NCBI GenBank assembly: GCA_043228905.1
Contig: JBHGNT010000002.1
Span: 13,392,001 to 13,456,000 of the forward strand
DNA length: 64,000 nucleotides
From: Azolla caroliniana
Taxonomy: Eukaryota > Plantae > Polypodiophyta
Direction: 5' to 3'
A program made the translations under genes and the position numbers. This document shows, piece by piece, positions 32,585-46,876 of this stretch; the stretch's first letter is position 1; each line of letters starts with the position of its first letter. Below the pieces are notes generated by a model. It was not told the DNA's origin. It worked only from the letters and a program-made list of their open reading frames with translations, and did no database searches.

Positions 32585-35500
32585 CATAGCCGGTGGTCGG
32601 GTGTATACATCACCATACTCGTGGAGTACTTGAGCAATTTCCCAAAACAATAGGTCTTCGCCGCCTTGCGTGCGGTACACCTTGCTGCCCAGGGAGTATT
32701 CTCCGAAATACCTCGTCAGCAGCTCTTGTGAAGGGTTGTCAATCGAGTATATTTCCCCTTCCGATAAGCTAGTCAGGGCTCGGATGGCTTCTTCAGTGAT
32801 GACCTCCATGTCGATGTCTTTGACGACATTTTCCGCATCTCCGTGCGGTGGTGCTTCGACTATCCTCAAGAATCCCTCCAGGCCGTGTTGCTTAAGTCAT
32901 TTCTTGGCCACTTCTTAGAGTACCATGCATTCATGTCGTTGTCGGAGTCGGTAGGTTGTGGTAGGATTAGTGCGCCCGTCCATCTCGATTCCCGCGCATG
33001 CACGTCTTGTACTAATATAGCAATCGGTTGACACGTGGTGCGTTTTTAAAGAGGCTTTAATTAGCCACCCACCACACCTTTTCAAAGTGCTTGTTCGCTC
33101 CTCGCATCTGCATGATGACTTTTTTTTTTGCAAGTTGAGTTTTAGGTAGCCGGAAGCACCGGGTCCATATCCCATTTTTTCCTCATATTCACGTTTGCTG
33201 GCCACCTGTTTGTCGCTATCCAGTAACCCCCGCTCCGCCTGATTGTCGACTACTTGTTTACCGCTTCCTACTATTGCATCAGCCTCCATCTGCTCAAACG
33301 GATTCTGTGGCATAGGTCCACAATATGGTTTGAGTCGAAACCCATTGACGCATTTGTGCACTATCTCACCGGCGAGCGTTCCGAGCTGGTATGAACCGTT
33401 GAATTCCTGCGTTATCCAATACGGTCCGGTCCACCGGAACCGTAGCTTTCTCGGCATCTGACCCATCCAGGTCTGGAATACGAGTACCGGCTTGCCGATC
33501 CCGAACATCTTCTCATTGCCCTTCCGGTGCCGATCGAAGAACGCCTTCCTTTGGCGTTGCTCTAGTTCCAACTGCATGAGACTCACTATCTGATGCTCTT
33601 CTAATTTGCATAATGCGGCTAACCGGATTTTTTCCGATTCCTTTTCACTTAGTCGTTCTCTAACCTGTATCTACAAACTCGGAACCTGAAATTCGATCGG
33701 CATTACAACTTCCAGCCCGAATGCTAACCGGAATGGTGTTGACCGGATACTCGTTTTGTATTTCGTCCAGTATGCCCATAGTGCACTATGCAGCTTCGTG
33801 TCCCAATCGGTCCGGTTTTCCTTGACGATCTTTCGCAGGACGTTTTGGAGCGTTTTGTTTGTGGATTCGGCTAGTCCATTGGCATGTGGATAATAAGGGG
33901 TACTACGCTTGTGTACCACTGCATAGAATGTTGTTAAGCTCTCCACTACTTCACCGAGAAAATGTCCGCCTTGGTCGCTAATTAACTCGATCAGGCATCC
34001 ATACCGGCACCAGATGTACTCATATAAGAACTTTGTCGTTGATGTCGTAGTGTTGTCCCGCAAAGCCTTGGCTTCTACCCACTTGGTGCAACAATTTGTG
34101 GCGACTATAACATATCTGTTGTCGGCTCTCATTGCCGGAGGTTTAAACGGCCCAATGAAGTCCAACCCCCATTTCTGAAATGGATCTAAGGGTACCACCG
34201 GCTGGTGAGGCATCCTTGCCTATTTTGTTGGTTGGCCCATCCGATGACATAAATCATAGTCTTTTGCGTACCAGACCGAGTCCTTCAGTGTCGTCAGCCA
34301 CCATAGCCCGTTGTGCCATATCTTTCTTGCCATAGCATCCCTGGCATAATGCCCTCCGCAGTGCGCTTCTCGTAATATTGTGTCCTTTTCGTCGCTTCGC
34401 ACTGCTCGTCGCCATATGCCATCCACGCCTTTGTGGTACAGGGTGTCTTGTAGTAGACAAAAATGTCGTCTTTGTACTGCTAACCGCTTCCGCTCATCCC
34501 GGTTCATCTCCTCCGGTGGTAGTCCCGTGCTTAGGAATTGATGCATGTTGGTTAGCCACTTGTCTTCGTCGACTACCGTGCTATCGGCTGCCGTTTCGGC
34601 CGTTACTTTAAACAACTCAGCATCCTGAAACTCATCCGGGTCTCCGTCGCCGGTCTCATCGGAGTCTAACCGGCTCAGATAATCGGCAACTGCATGGCAT
34701 GCTGTATCCTCGGCCGATGATATATTTCGAGCTCGAACTCTTGTAGCAACAATTTCCATCAAGCCAGCTTGCCAGTAAGTGATGCCTTTGAGACCAAATA
34801 TAACAGCGTTGAGTGGTCGACATGGAAAGAAAATATCCTTCCCAATAAATAGTGCTTGAACTTGGTAACACTATAAATCATCCCTAAGGCTTCTCTTTCC
34901 GTTGTTGAATAATTTCGTTCTGCTTGGGATAGCTTCCGGCTGGCATAATAAATGGGTCGGTACCATTTCGGTTTAGTTAGTTGCATTAGTGCGCTGCCGA
35001 TTGCTATGTCGGACGCATCGACGAACACGTGGAACACTTTTGACCAGTCCAGTGGTTGCACCACCAATGCTTGTGATAGTAGTACTTTCAGTGCCCGGTA
35101 AGCCTTATCCTCCGTATTTGTCGATTGAAACGGTGTCTGGTGAACCGCCGCATGCAACGGTGTAGCAAGATCGGCCAAATACCGGAGCATCCAGCTATGC
35201 CACCGGATTTGCCCTAGAAACCGACTCAAAGCTTTGGTCGTGGATGGTGCCAGTGCTTCTAAGATTGCTTTGACCTTATCGAGGTCTATTGCAATCCTGT
35301 CCTTGCATACGATATGGTCCAGCAATGCACCACTTATTACTCCGAACACACACTTTGCTGGATTCAGGCTTAACCGATAACTCCTGCATTTCTCAAGACA
35401 TAGCCGGAGGTGTTGGAGATGTTCACCTTCTTGGCTATACACGGCGAAGTCATCCAGGAATACCTGCATGAATGCCGGTATAAACTCGCCAAATATTTCC

Positions 35501-38500
35501 ATGATTATTCGTTGGAAGGTCGTCGGCGCGGTCTTGAGCCCGAACATCATTACCACTGCGACGAAAACTCCCCATTCGGTGACGAACACCGTCTTGTCTT
35601 GGTCGTCGGGGTGCATCCTTATTTGATTGTAGCCGCTGAAACCGTCTAGGAAGCTATACACTTCATGACCGGCTACCACGTCCAGCACTCCATCTGTAAA
35701 TGGAAGTGGAAAGGCGTCGGTCATTGTTGCAGCATTGAGTTTCCGGTAGTTGATGCACACCCGGATCTTACCGTTCTTTTTCGGCATGATGACTATGGGA
35801 CTTAACCATGTAGCTTTTTTCACTGGTCGGATAAAACCGACCTGTAGCAACTTGTCAATTTCCTCTTTGACCTTTGCCGCATAGTTAGGGTTCATCCGTT
35901 GTGCTACTGGTTTGGCATCCTTATTGAGATGTATCTGGTGTTGGTACAACTGAGGATCAAGCCCTCGCATGTCTTCATAGGACCAGGCGAATACGTCCCG
36001 GAATTCCTTTAATAAAGTGATAATCGTTGTCTTATTGTCCAGCGACATGTCCTTAGCAATATGAACCGGTCTTGCGTCGTCCCCGGTTCCAAAGTTCACC
36101 TCCTCTAACTGGGATGCTTTCACGCGTTGGGATACCGCCATCTCCCTCTCCAGAGCTTTCTGTGCTTGCCGTAATTCTCTGATAGCTTCCTTATCCGGTT
36201 CCTCGTCGGCATCATCCAATTGCACTATATATGGTGACACTGCTTCTGCCACATCAATTTCAAATAGGGGTACAATTTTTGGGTTTTCATCTAAGTATTG
36301 GTCAACCTCTTCGTCAGCAAGCCCCTCGAGCATGTTTACACATTCAGCATATAGCGGTGTCCGCTCCTTGCCGGTACTTGATCGAAGGTGGGTAGGTACC
36401 CTTACATTAGCCTTTCCTCGCCGGAAGGTAATCATGTTTTTCCGCTAGTTTTGTTTGATATGCGTTGTTTTTAGCCATGGCAGCCCAGCAACAATGGGTA
36501 AGCCCCTTGCGCATTGAGCTGGAGAACCACCGTTGAAATGCGGAATGTGTGTCCTCCGATAGTCATGTCTAAATCCCGTATCAAACCGGTAGGTCGTACC
36601 GAACTTGTATCCGCCATCCAGAGCCAAAACGAGCAAGGCTCCCATTCCTGGATTCCTAGGGTATTACAAGTCTGTAGACTAATCACGTTCACGCCCGATC
36701 TTTCGTCCACAATCTTCCCTGGTAGTTCTCGTCCTTTGACGATGGCGGTGATTGTCGGACTGTTCGTGTCAACCACTGTTGGCCCTTCTTCCGGATTTGA
36801 GAAGAACCCAGGAGCCAGCAATGGATTTGATGTGATCATTCCTAATTTCAGCCCTTCCATAAACCGGGGCACTAGCTGTAATAACCAACCCAATGGTAGC
36901 GTAATTTGGCATTCTTGTAACGCTTGCCATTTTAGGTTTTCCGGCTGAATCGTGTCAGTGGCCTCTTCCAATTTGTTCTTTTGTTGTTGAAGCTCAGCCA
37001 CATTCCGCTCATTTGCCTTCTTCACCCACTCGGTGGCTTGCTTTCGGATTGCCTCCTGTGTTTCCCATTCCGTTGTTTTCCTTTTGACCTGGTGGTCACA
37101 TGTTGTATGTCGGCGACTTCTGCTACCACCATATTTACTGTTGGTCGTTTCTTGTAACTTTTAACCCGACATTGATTACTCTAATGTCCTTCTTGCCAGC
37201 AATAGTAGCAATACACTTTCCGAGTGTTGCTAGATTCAGCGTTCGCTCGGTACTCGGTTGAGGTTCTATTGGTGGTCGGTTAAGTGCTTGGCCTTGTTCC
37301 GGTTGGGTACTTCATGTGCCCTTGTCCAGCTGCCATTGGTGATCCTCCTTTCTAGAGTTCCGTTTTTTGTTAAAGAGTTTTTTGTTCCAGTAACCCTATC
37401 GGGGCCGGTTTTCATAATTGCCTTGATCCTCCTTCCGTTGATTGTAACCGGGGGAGTGATCCCGGTTGTATCGCTCATATCAATCACCATTGTAATCCCG
37501 GTAGCTATCCTACTAGTCTCGGTTGTGAGTGTCTCTTCTGTCGCTGTACCGGACATCTTGCACCGGCCGGTAACGCTCATCTCACCGCCATTGTTCTTCT
37601 TCCTCCTCCTGGTTACTCCAAGGTTCGATTTGCCTTACCGGTGCTGCTTGCCAATTCAACAAGTTATATTCCCATTGGTCCATTGTGTGCGACCTAGAAT
37701 GGCATAACATGCACAGTGTCCGCATGGTACATTCTATTGCCGACTGCCTGACATTGAGACAAGTCGTACATTGTATAGCTTGCCGAAAACGTAGGTCGTC
37801 TTCTGTCGGTAATGTATGCTGGAGTGCCCCCATTATTAGCCACGAGCTTGTTTTCTCCATCTCCTTGACCGGTTTATGACTTGGTCGATTGTGCTGGTGC
37901 GGAAATCACTCACTGCGCACACCATACGCAGGGGTTCCCGGAGTGCTGCTAGGAATATTGCTTTAGCCTCTGCCTCTGGTGGTGCCCGACTTAGCTGGTT
38001 GTGCATTCGATGGAACTAGATTATGAATTGCTGAATGGTTTCCATAGGTTCCTGTCGTATGGTGTAGAATAGGCCGACCATCTCCCGTTGATCAACCTCC
38101 TTTGGAAGAATTGTAAAAATCTGGTTTTTAAGTCCTCAAAAGTCGTAATGGTGCCAAGAGGGTGTGTCAAGCGCCATAGCGCGGCTGGTCCTTCCAAGGC
38201 CATGCCGAACTCTACAATCTTCGAGCGTTCTGCTTCGGCGGTGGTCAAGCGTTGCGACACATAGTTTGCTTCCCATGTTTGTAGAAATGCATAGACATGA
38301 GCTTCTGCGTTTGGATCATCCCAGTACTTGGGATATTGGAACGGCATGTGGTCATCCAATGTCGGAACATGGGCTGGTGTCAGAGGTCTTTCCTCCTCTT
38401 CTTTCCATGTTTCACGTGGCGGTGTCAGAGGTTGATCCACCGCTTGCTGGTCTGGGTCTTCCAGTTCTGTTAATTCCGGTTTTGGTGTCGGCAAGGTATC

Positions 38501-39312
38501 TGATTGCTCATCCTTCGGTCCGTCTGGGGTGTCGTGGCTGCTACGGTAATTCAAATGGGCGCTGCAGTCGCCATCCGAATACAATTCGAAGGCCGAGAAC
38601 GGTTCCAAATCGCCTTCCCCTGTAGCTAATGCCTGCATAATGGATTCCGCGTCCCGGAGACTGCTCAAGCTGCTTCCTTCATCCGGGTGGGAATTCTGCT
38701 ACACGTGTAGTGACTCCGCGGCCACTCGCCGGATTACTTTGGAAAATGATCGATCCGCATGGATCTCTTCTGTCTCCTGCTAGAAAATTCTCTCGCTTTC
38801 TCAATCGTTCGGCAAGTCTTCTTGCTCGCTCCGTAACCGGGTCATTCGTTGGTCTAGTCATCCATTCCCGTTGTTGTTCGTTGCGTTTGTGCAGGAATCG
38901 TGGTCGCCAAAAACTGTGTTATCGCTAGGGGCCGGACAATGCCCTAACACAGGGTGTCCCCTTGAGACACTTCACCAAAGGGGTGTTGCGGTGAGATAAA
39001 CTTAGAGAGAACTATTAATGACACCCTAATCGGTTACTAATCGGCAAGATCATTAGTCACAATACACGCGTAAGATGAATTACATTGAGCACAAAACGGT
39101 AATTAACACTAATTAAGATACAGAACAACACTCTATTAATTATCCGCTAATGATTACAATCTAACCAGGCCCTTTTATAGGTCTCCAATTCTAAGTACAA
39201 ACGGGTGCCAACTGGCAACCGGCTACAAACCGATCCGATTCCAGACCAGTTCGTTTCTCAAAATATCCTTCTAAATATTATAGATAATCAGCTCCCTTTT
39301 CCATTCTGGACT
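32585..39312 (-). mobile_element. Old A-family Ty3/Gypsy A3 (5' LTR, PBS, gag-pol, start of extra ORF), cut by C1+C3
   Basis: Fragmented homologs of all A2 domains; extra-ORF start at about 32945-32585; 5' LTR at about 38917-39312 with its outer end eroded. Confidence 0.9.
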
Positions 39313-40086
39313 TTATTTGGCTCTTAAGTCTTTGCTGGCCAACATGATGAAGAGGTCAAACAAAGCACAATGGTGCATGACGACGACCGAACGAACGAAG
39401 TGAACTCGAAAGGTGTTCCTTGGTATTTGATCACAATATCCAACTCGAAAGAGGACACCATTACAAATATCAAACAGTCGATGGTCAACTCTCACATGCG
39501 AGCATACCATAAAAAAGGAAGAAGTGGGGAAAATGCAATGTGGTCGTCTAAGGGCATAAATGTGAGCATGTACTTGAAGCTTGGGCTTAAAGGAGTAATC
39601 AAAGTCAATGTTTGGTTGTGGCCTAACAAAGACAACCTTGGATTGACAAAAGAAGAAAGATTGAAATTCCTTGACCATGAAGATGATCAAAACAAAGGTG
39701 GCACATGCATGGTGCATGAAGCGTTATGCTCGGGGAAGAAGGAAGAGGCCATGACAATCGTTCGTGGTGGTGCAAAGCTTGGACGAAGGATTTGGTGGTT
39801 TGGATGGTCTCCATGGCTATGGTGGAAAGAATGGTTGTGGTGGCATTGGAAGAATAGATATAAGGAGCCAAAGAGTTGTTTCAATGTCAATCTCCATCAG
39901 AGATACTTAGGTTAGAAAGAAAGGAAAGAATTCGGACAAGGATTAAAGATTTCAACTAGGAGGATGGAACCTCACTTGGTACATACCGGAGGATGTGCAG
40001 GTTTGGTGGGGGTGGATGTCGTGATGTTTTCGACACATAGTGCGAAACCACCCTCAAAAGAGAATAAAATAGTAGTCCAAATAAAT

Positions 40087-43000
40087 TGTTGAGCGGCAAG
40101 CTCAATTGGAGCCGGATCGGCTGGATAAGCCTAAGCCATTGAGCGAGACGGATCGGTGAGCCGGTGAGCACCCGGTGAGCAAAAGAGCCAGTGAGCTGGG
40201 GAGCCGGTTAGCCAGATCCATCAGTAACCGGAAGCCTAGTAGCAGCTAGACTACTAGGGAGTTATTACTCATGTAGTTAGTGTTAGACGCTTAAGTGAGC
40301 ACTGAAGTACACCGTACTTCTGTCAGTCCGTATGGACTTGTATAAAAGTGTTCGTTGAACACATACGATGTACAGAGCGTTGATATAATTTTTTGAATAG
40401 AGATTCTTGTTCTGCTCTCTCTCTGTCTCTCCCACGTACTGTTAAACTCTCCATTAAACCTGTTCTCTGTTTTCAGTTTTCTATTGCTTCCGCACGCTAT
40501 TTGTTTTTACATGGTATCAGAGCATGAGGGTTGAGAACCTCTACAACCAACATACGCTTTCGCAAGAAGAAATCCTAACCTTTGTAAAGAACAAAAAAGA
40601 AAAAACAATGGATAGAGGAATGGCTGGCTTGCTTCCTATGGAGAAGCTCAACAGATCTAACTACGCATCTTGGTCATACAAGGTGCACCAGTACCTACTT
40701 GGGCATTGTTACTGGAGCTATGTCGACGGAGCTAATGACAAAGCAACTGATGCGGCACACAAGGACTTCCCAATGCGGGAACAATCAGCAAACAGAGTGA
40801 TGTACTGCTTTGCATCCAGTGTCGGAGACCAACTGTTGAGCCACGTCTGAGATGCCAAGACGCCGAAAGAGGCTTGGGGAAACCTGAAGAAGGTGTTCGC
40901 AGCAAGCACTACAGCCCGGAAGCTGCAACTCCGACAGGAGATGAGCAATGTTCGACAGAAGGACATGTCGGTGGCTGATTACACGGCCCGAATCAAAGAG
41001 ATATGTGACTCGCTTGCCTCTATCAACGTCACGGTAGAGGAAGACGAAATGTTGCAGGTCTTTCTTGGGGGCCTGGCGTCTAAGTTTCGAGCTTTCCAGA
41101 GAGCTATATGTACGAGGGAGAATACGCCGTCATTTTTCGACTTACAATCGATGCTCCTTGTAGAGGAGAACCACGCCGGTACGTCAACAAGTGCACCCAC
41201 CGACAACCGGATGTTGTACATGGAGGCGGATCGGCCCCGTGGGCGTGGTGGACGAGGCGGGTCGGCACTCAATGGAGGCGGCCGGCAAGGGCAAGACCGA
41301 CGGCACAAAGACCGTGCCGACAGCAGTTCCGAGACTTCCACATGCGGGGGGAGTCAAGGTGGAGCCGGAAGCCGGCAAGACAAATCCGCCACGGAATGCT
41401 GGTACTGTGGCAAAAAGAGCCACAGAGAAAGCGAGTGTTGGAAGAAACGCGCTGATTCGGACAAATTTGGATCCGGAAAAACCAGTTGGGAGAACCGGCA
41501 AAGCTCGCACTATGCGCTAGGATCGAAAGGATCTGGAACCGGGAAGACCGGTAAGGGGCCAGCCTTGGTGATGAAACACGAGGCTAACTCGATGAAGAAG
41601 ACCACTTCCAAATCAAAGGAAGTGTGGTACGTTGATTCCGGTGCGTCAAATCACATGATGAACCACAAAGAGTGGTTCTCCTTCTTAGAGAAACCGGAAC
41701 AACCTTGAGTTGTCGAAACCGGAGACGACACTCCTGACCCAATCGTGCATGTCGGAGAAGTTCTCCTGAGCCACGTCGGACAAAGGGGAAGCTGATGAAC
41801 GTATTACACGTTCCGACTATCACGAAGAACCTGGTGTCAGTCGGACAGATCGTCGACCAAGGAATGGAGGTGCGGTTTACGCACCTCGGGTGCTTCATCG
41901 AGGAGGAGGACCAGATTATCGTGCAAGGGCACAGAGATGGGAGGATGTTCATCCTCGACACCAATGACGTCGGCACCGCCTTGTTTGCCAAAGGACAAAA
42001 GGTCGAATCGGACATCGACCTGTGGTACAAGTGGATCGACCATGTCAATTACCGACAACTTCAAGACTTGCAAACGAAACAAGTTGTTTTCAGTTTGCCG
42101 AAGTTTAGAGGCCGAAAGGCCCAAGTATCTGAAGCCTGCCAACTTGGGAAGCAACACCAGCTTCCATTCCCCGCTGAATGAAATCGTAGCCGTAACAAGA
42201 TCGACCTTATTCATTCGGATGTATGGGGACCGGCACAGAACGTGAGTCTTGGCGGGAGTCGATACTTCGTCTCCTTCATCAACGACTACAGCCAACACAC
42301 ATGGATCTACCTCATTGAGCGGAAGAGCGAAGTCTTCGAATGTTTTCGAAACCTCCAGAGCATGGTGGAACGGGAATCGGAGAGGAAGATCAAGTGGCTG
42401 CGATCAGATGACGGAAAAGAATACCTTTCCAGCCAATTTAATAGTTATCTGCAGCAAACAGGAATTCGGAGAGAGTTCAGCTGCAGATACACACCAGAGC
42501 AAAAAGGTGTGGCCGAAAGGAAGAACCGGTCACTTGTCGACGCGGCAAGGGCAATGCTGGAAGAGAAGAGCATGCCCCATTTCTACTGAGTGGAGGTGGT
42601 CCGGACAACCGTCTACATCCAAAACTAGATCAGTGACAAGGTGTCCGCACATGAGTTGTATTTCGGGCGCAAGCCGAATTTGAGACACCTTCGGATTTTC
42701 GGCAGCATAGCATATGTGCATGTGCCGGATGAGAAGCGGAGGAAGCTGGATGCCAAATCGGAGAAGTGCATCCTCGTCAGCTACTCACATGAGCAAAAGG
42801 GGTATAAGTGTTATAACCCCCAGACGAAACAGGTTCGAGTTAGCCGCGATGTTGAGTTTGATGAGACGGCATCATGGTATGCCTTACCAGCTCCGACTTC
42901 TGACTCTGACCCAATACTAGAGGATGAGGATAGTGAGCCTAAACCGGTCCAGTTAGAAGATGATCAATCCAGGACTCAAGAAGAGAGTCCGGAATCGTTT

Positions 43001-45959
43001 CGGTTGAGTGGGCCGAACGAGAAACTGGGTCAATCCGACCAGTCAAAAGAGGAACCGGCGAGTAGTGAAGACTCTATTGTGCTCTCCCCGCGCAAGGAAC
43101 AGAGGAGACGGTTCACTCGCAAAGAGAAGGGGAATTGGAAGATGCCGGATTATGGAACCGGTATTGATGAGTTGGATCGGAGCGGATCAGACTCCAGAAA
43201 GGAAAATGACGGTTCTTCGGCACCGAAGACCGAACCAGCCAAGAAGGGCCTCAAACCGGGTAACGGTGGGTTACGCCGGTCAACCCGCCAGAAGGAACCT
43301 ATTAAGCGGTACGGGTACAATGAGTACATGGCACATCACTATGCGTACATGACGAAGGTGGCGGAAGTGTGTGAGCCGGAGAGCTACATAGAAGCGGCAA
43401 AGGACGCACATTGGCGTGCCGCTATGGAAGAAGAGATGTGGGCACTTGATGCCAACGATACATGGGACCTGGTTGACCCTCCCCATCACAATAAACCGAT
43501 CAGATGCAAGTGGGTGTACAAGGTAAAGTACAACGCCGACGGTTCAGTTAACCGGTACAAGGCCCTGTTAGTGGCGAAGGGATATGCACAAACCCACAGA
43601 ATCGATTACGACGATACCTTCGCTCCGGTAGCGAAGATGACGACGGTTCGTGTGGTGCTGGCGGTTGCGGCAGCAAGGGGGTGGCATCTTTACCAGATGG
43701 ATGTGAAGAATGCATTTCTTCATGGAGATCTTGAAGGAGAGGTCTTTATGATACAACCCCCCGGTTTCCAGACAGAGATGAACAAGTCGGCGGTATGCCG
43801 GCTGAAGAAGTCACTTTATGGCCTGAAGCAAGCCCTTGGAATGCGAAGATCACGCACCGGTTGCGTAAGATGGGGTTTGCGGCATCCAAGTTCGACTCTT
43901 CGTTGTTCATCCGGTAAGGTCCGGACGGTCTGGTTTGCATCTTGATGTACGTTGATGATCTGGTCATCACCAAACCCGGACTCGATGAGATCAGCCGAGT
44001 CACGTCCTAGTTGTCGGATGCTTTTGAGATGAAGGACCTGGGGGACCTTCATTATTTTCTTGGGATCGAGGTGATCCGAACCCCCGATGGCATATTGCTC
44101 TCACAAAGGCACTATGTGTTGAATATGTTGTACAAGTTCGGCATGATGGAATGCCGACCTATCTCTACTCCCCTGGACCGGAACCAAAAGCTTCGTCCCG
44201 ACTTCGGACCGGCCTGCGATGAGAAACGGTTCTGACAAATTGTCGGAAGCCTTATATATTTGACCATCACCCGACCCGACATTAGCTATTCGGTTGATGT
44301 GATTAGCCAATTCATGCTGAAGCCGACCGTGGAGCATCTTCAGTGCGCGCACTGAATACTGCGGTATGTGAGCGGCACGAAGGACCGCGGACTGTTATAC
44401 CGGCGCGGTATAACCGAAGAGCTGGTCAGTTACACAGATGCTGACTGGGCCGGCGATGCATCAGATCGTCGATCAACCTCCGGTTACATGTTTTCCCTAG
44501 GTAGCGCGGTTGTTGCGTGGAGCAGCAAAAAGCAGCCAACAGTTGCTCTGTCGAGCATTGAGGCTGAGTATCGAGGCGCTACCATTGCCACCTGTGAAGC
44601 CATTTGGCTTCGGCGACTGCTGCAAGACCTACGGATCGAGGTAGCGACCCCGATTCTGATCTACTGCGACAACATAAGCAGCAGGCAGCTCGCCAAGAAC
44701 CCCGTATTCCATGCTCACACAAAGCACATAGAAGTGCACTATCACTTCGTGCATGGGCGTATCCTGAGCGGTGAGGTCGAACTTCAGTATGTTCACACAG
44801 ATCGGCAAGTTGCCGACATGTTCACCAAACCACTCGGATCCGACAAGTTGCAACACTTCATCGAAATGCTTGGTGTTCAGCATCTCGATGTGCCACACTT
44901 GAGGGGGAGAACGGGCAAAGACACCGGAATGGGCAAAGGCAAAGAGACTACCGATTGCGTCGGTGAGGGAAGAACCGATGAAGGGAGAGTCAAGAAGAAA
45001 AAAGGAGCCAAGTCGACAAAGGAAGTCAACACATCCGAACAAGTCGAAATGAGTGGTAGCGGTGGCAGAGTCAAAAAGGACAGAGCCGAACGGAAGAAGA
45101 AGGCCAAGACCTGGACATAGTCCGATGTGGTGAAGGGCCTGGACCCAGAAGACGAATCGGGAGCAACCGATTCGGACAAGAGCTGGAACGAATCGGAGAC
45201 AATCGATTCAGTTCAACAAACAGATTCGGAAGAACCAGATCAATTCAAAGCCAAGGGGACAAGAAGGCAACGAAAGTCGATGCCAACATGAAGGAATCAG
45301 CGAACTAGCACACGCCGAAGTCACAGCAACGAGGGAGCTCAATTAGGCATGTTGAGTAGACAAGCCGACCAAGGAGGTCAACGTACGCAGAACAAGTGGG
45401 GTCACGGCAAACAGAACCGAACTGGACGAGGAGCGTGAGCAAGGTGGAGTGACGCCAGAAGGAGCCGGGCAGAAGGAACGGCTGCCACAGACGTTGACAC
45501 TACGACCGGACCTCAAGTTGAGCTTGAGGGGGAGTGTTGAGCGGCAAGCTCAATTGGAGTCGGATCAGCTAGATAAGCCTGAGCCGGTGAGCGAGACGGA
45601 TCAGTGAGCCGGTGAGCACCCGGTGAGCAAAAGAGCCGGTGAACTGGGGAGCCGGTTAGCCAGATCCATCAGTAATCGGAAGCCTAGTAGCAGCTAGACT
45701 ACTAGGGAGTTATTACTCTCGTAGTTAGTGTTAGACGCTCGAGTGAGAATTGAAGTACACCATACTTCTGTCAGTCCGTATGGACCTGTATAAAAGTATT
45801 CACTGAACACATACGATGTACAGAGCGTTGATATAATTTTTTGAATAGAGATTCTTGTTCTGCTCTCTCTCTGTCTCCCCCGCGTACTGTTAAGCTCTCC
45901 ATTAAACTTGTTCTCTGTTTTCAGTTTTCTATTGCTTCCGCGCGCTATTTGTTTTTACA
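40087..45959 (+). mobile_element. Complete but decayed Ty1/Copia C4
   Basis: 425-bp LTRs (40087-40511 and 45535-45959); TSD TAAAT/TAAAC; PBS TGGTATCAGAGC at 40512-40523; PPT TTGAGGGGGAG before the 3' LTR. Confidence 0.94.
40608..45120 (+). pseudogene. C4 gag-PR-INT-RT-RH polyprotein
   Basis: CWYCGKKSHRESEC, WYVDSGAS, HSDVWGP, YVDD, YTDADWAGD; many stops and frameshifts. Confidence 0.92.
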
Positions 45960-46351
45960 TAAACTAATGTTGTTAAATCAAATATAGTAATAAATGAAAG
46001 GATGTTAGCTTATTGTAATAAATCAAATATAGTAATACCTCAACCTTTGTAGATGTTAGCTTATTGTGTCAGAAGATATGTCAGACAACTAGCTAGTAGA
46101 AACTCTTAGCTGCCAATTTCAAGCATGGTTGTGCACTTCATACCAAGCTGAGTATCAGACAACATATGTAGGGAGGTTCCACTAAATTCAAAGAGTTTGG
46201 CAATTTATCGGAAATTTGTAGGACAATCATCCTTGTATTGTAACAATGTAATTTAGTAACATTCATATTAATGATAAATTCTTCTTCTTCTTTTGAGTAT
46301 GTTTTCAGTTGTTCAAATTTAAAATAATTAAAACTTAGTAGTGAGAAAGAA

Positions 46352-46860
46352 TTGTTAAAGTCTTCCACTATTAGGTTTTCCTATAGTTTTATCATGCTTT
46401 CAAACTTATTGGATGATAGAGTCAAAGGTGGATTAAGAAGAATGGTGGTTAGTGAACAATGGTGTCAATTGAAAGTATCGAAAACACAAGACGGAGAAGA
46501 AATAGTTTCAATTATACTTGATGCTTATTTTTTGGCAAATATAAAGATGATAGTAAAGATATGCAAGCCAATCCTAAAAGTTCTAAGATTGGGGGATAGA
46601 GAAGGTGCAACCATGGGTTTAATTTATGAATGCACTCAACGTATGATAGAAGAAATAAACCACATTAAAAATGTACATCATATAATGCTTGATGAAATTA
46701 GAGGAATATATATGCAAAGATGGACAATGCTACACACACCATTGCATGCAACCAACTTTATTTTGCATCCAATTTGGCGAGAGAAAATTCAATATATTGA
46801 TGACAAGCCCAATACAAGTTGAATGGAAATTATTATGCGTTATACTAATGGCGATGTACA
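46352..46860 (+). pseudogene. hAT transposase fragment
   Basis: LRRMVVSEQW...PILKVLRLGD...MGLIY...RWTMLHTPLHATNFILHP resembles the plant hAT W..LH.PLHAAG..L.P segment. Confidence 0.75.
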
Positions 46861-46876
46861 TATATGTGGTGTTTTA

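Noticed and set aside
39370-39915. 181-aa ORF as a host gene
   Set aside because: No recognisable domain or gene structure; left unassigned.
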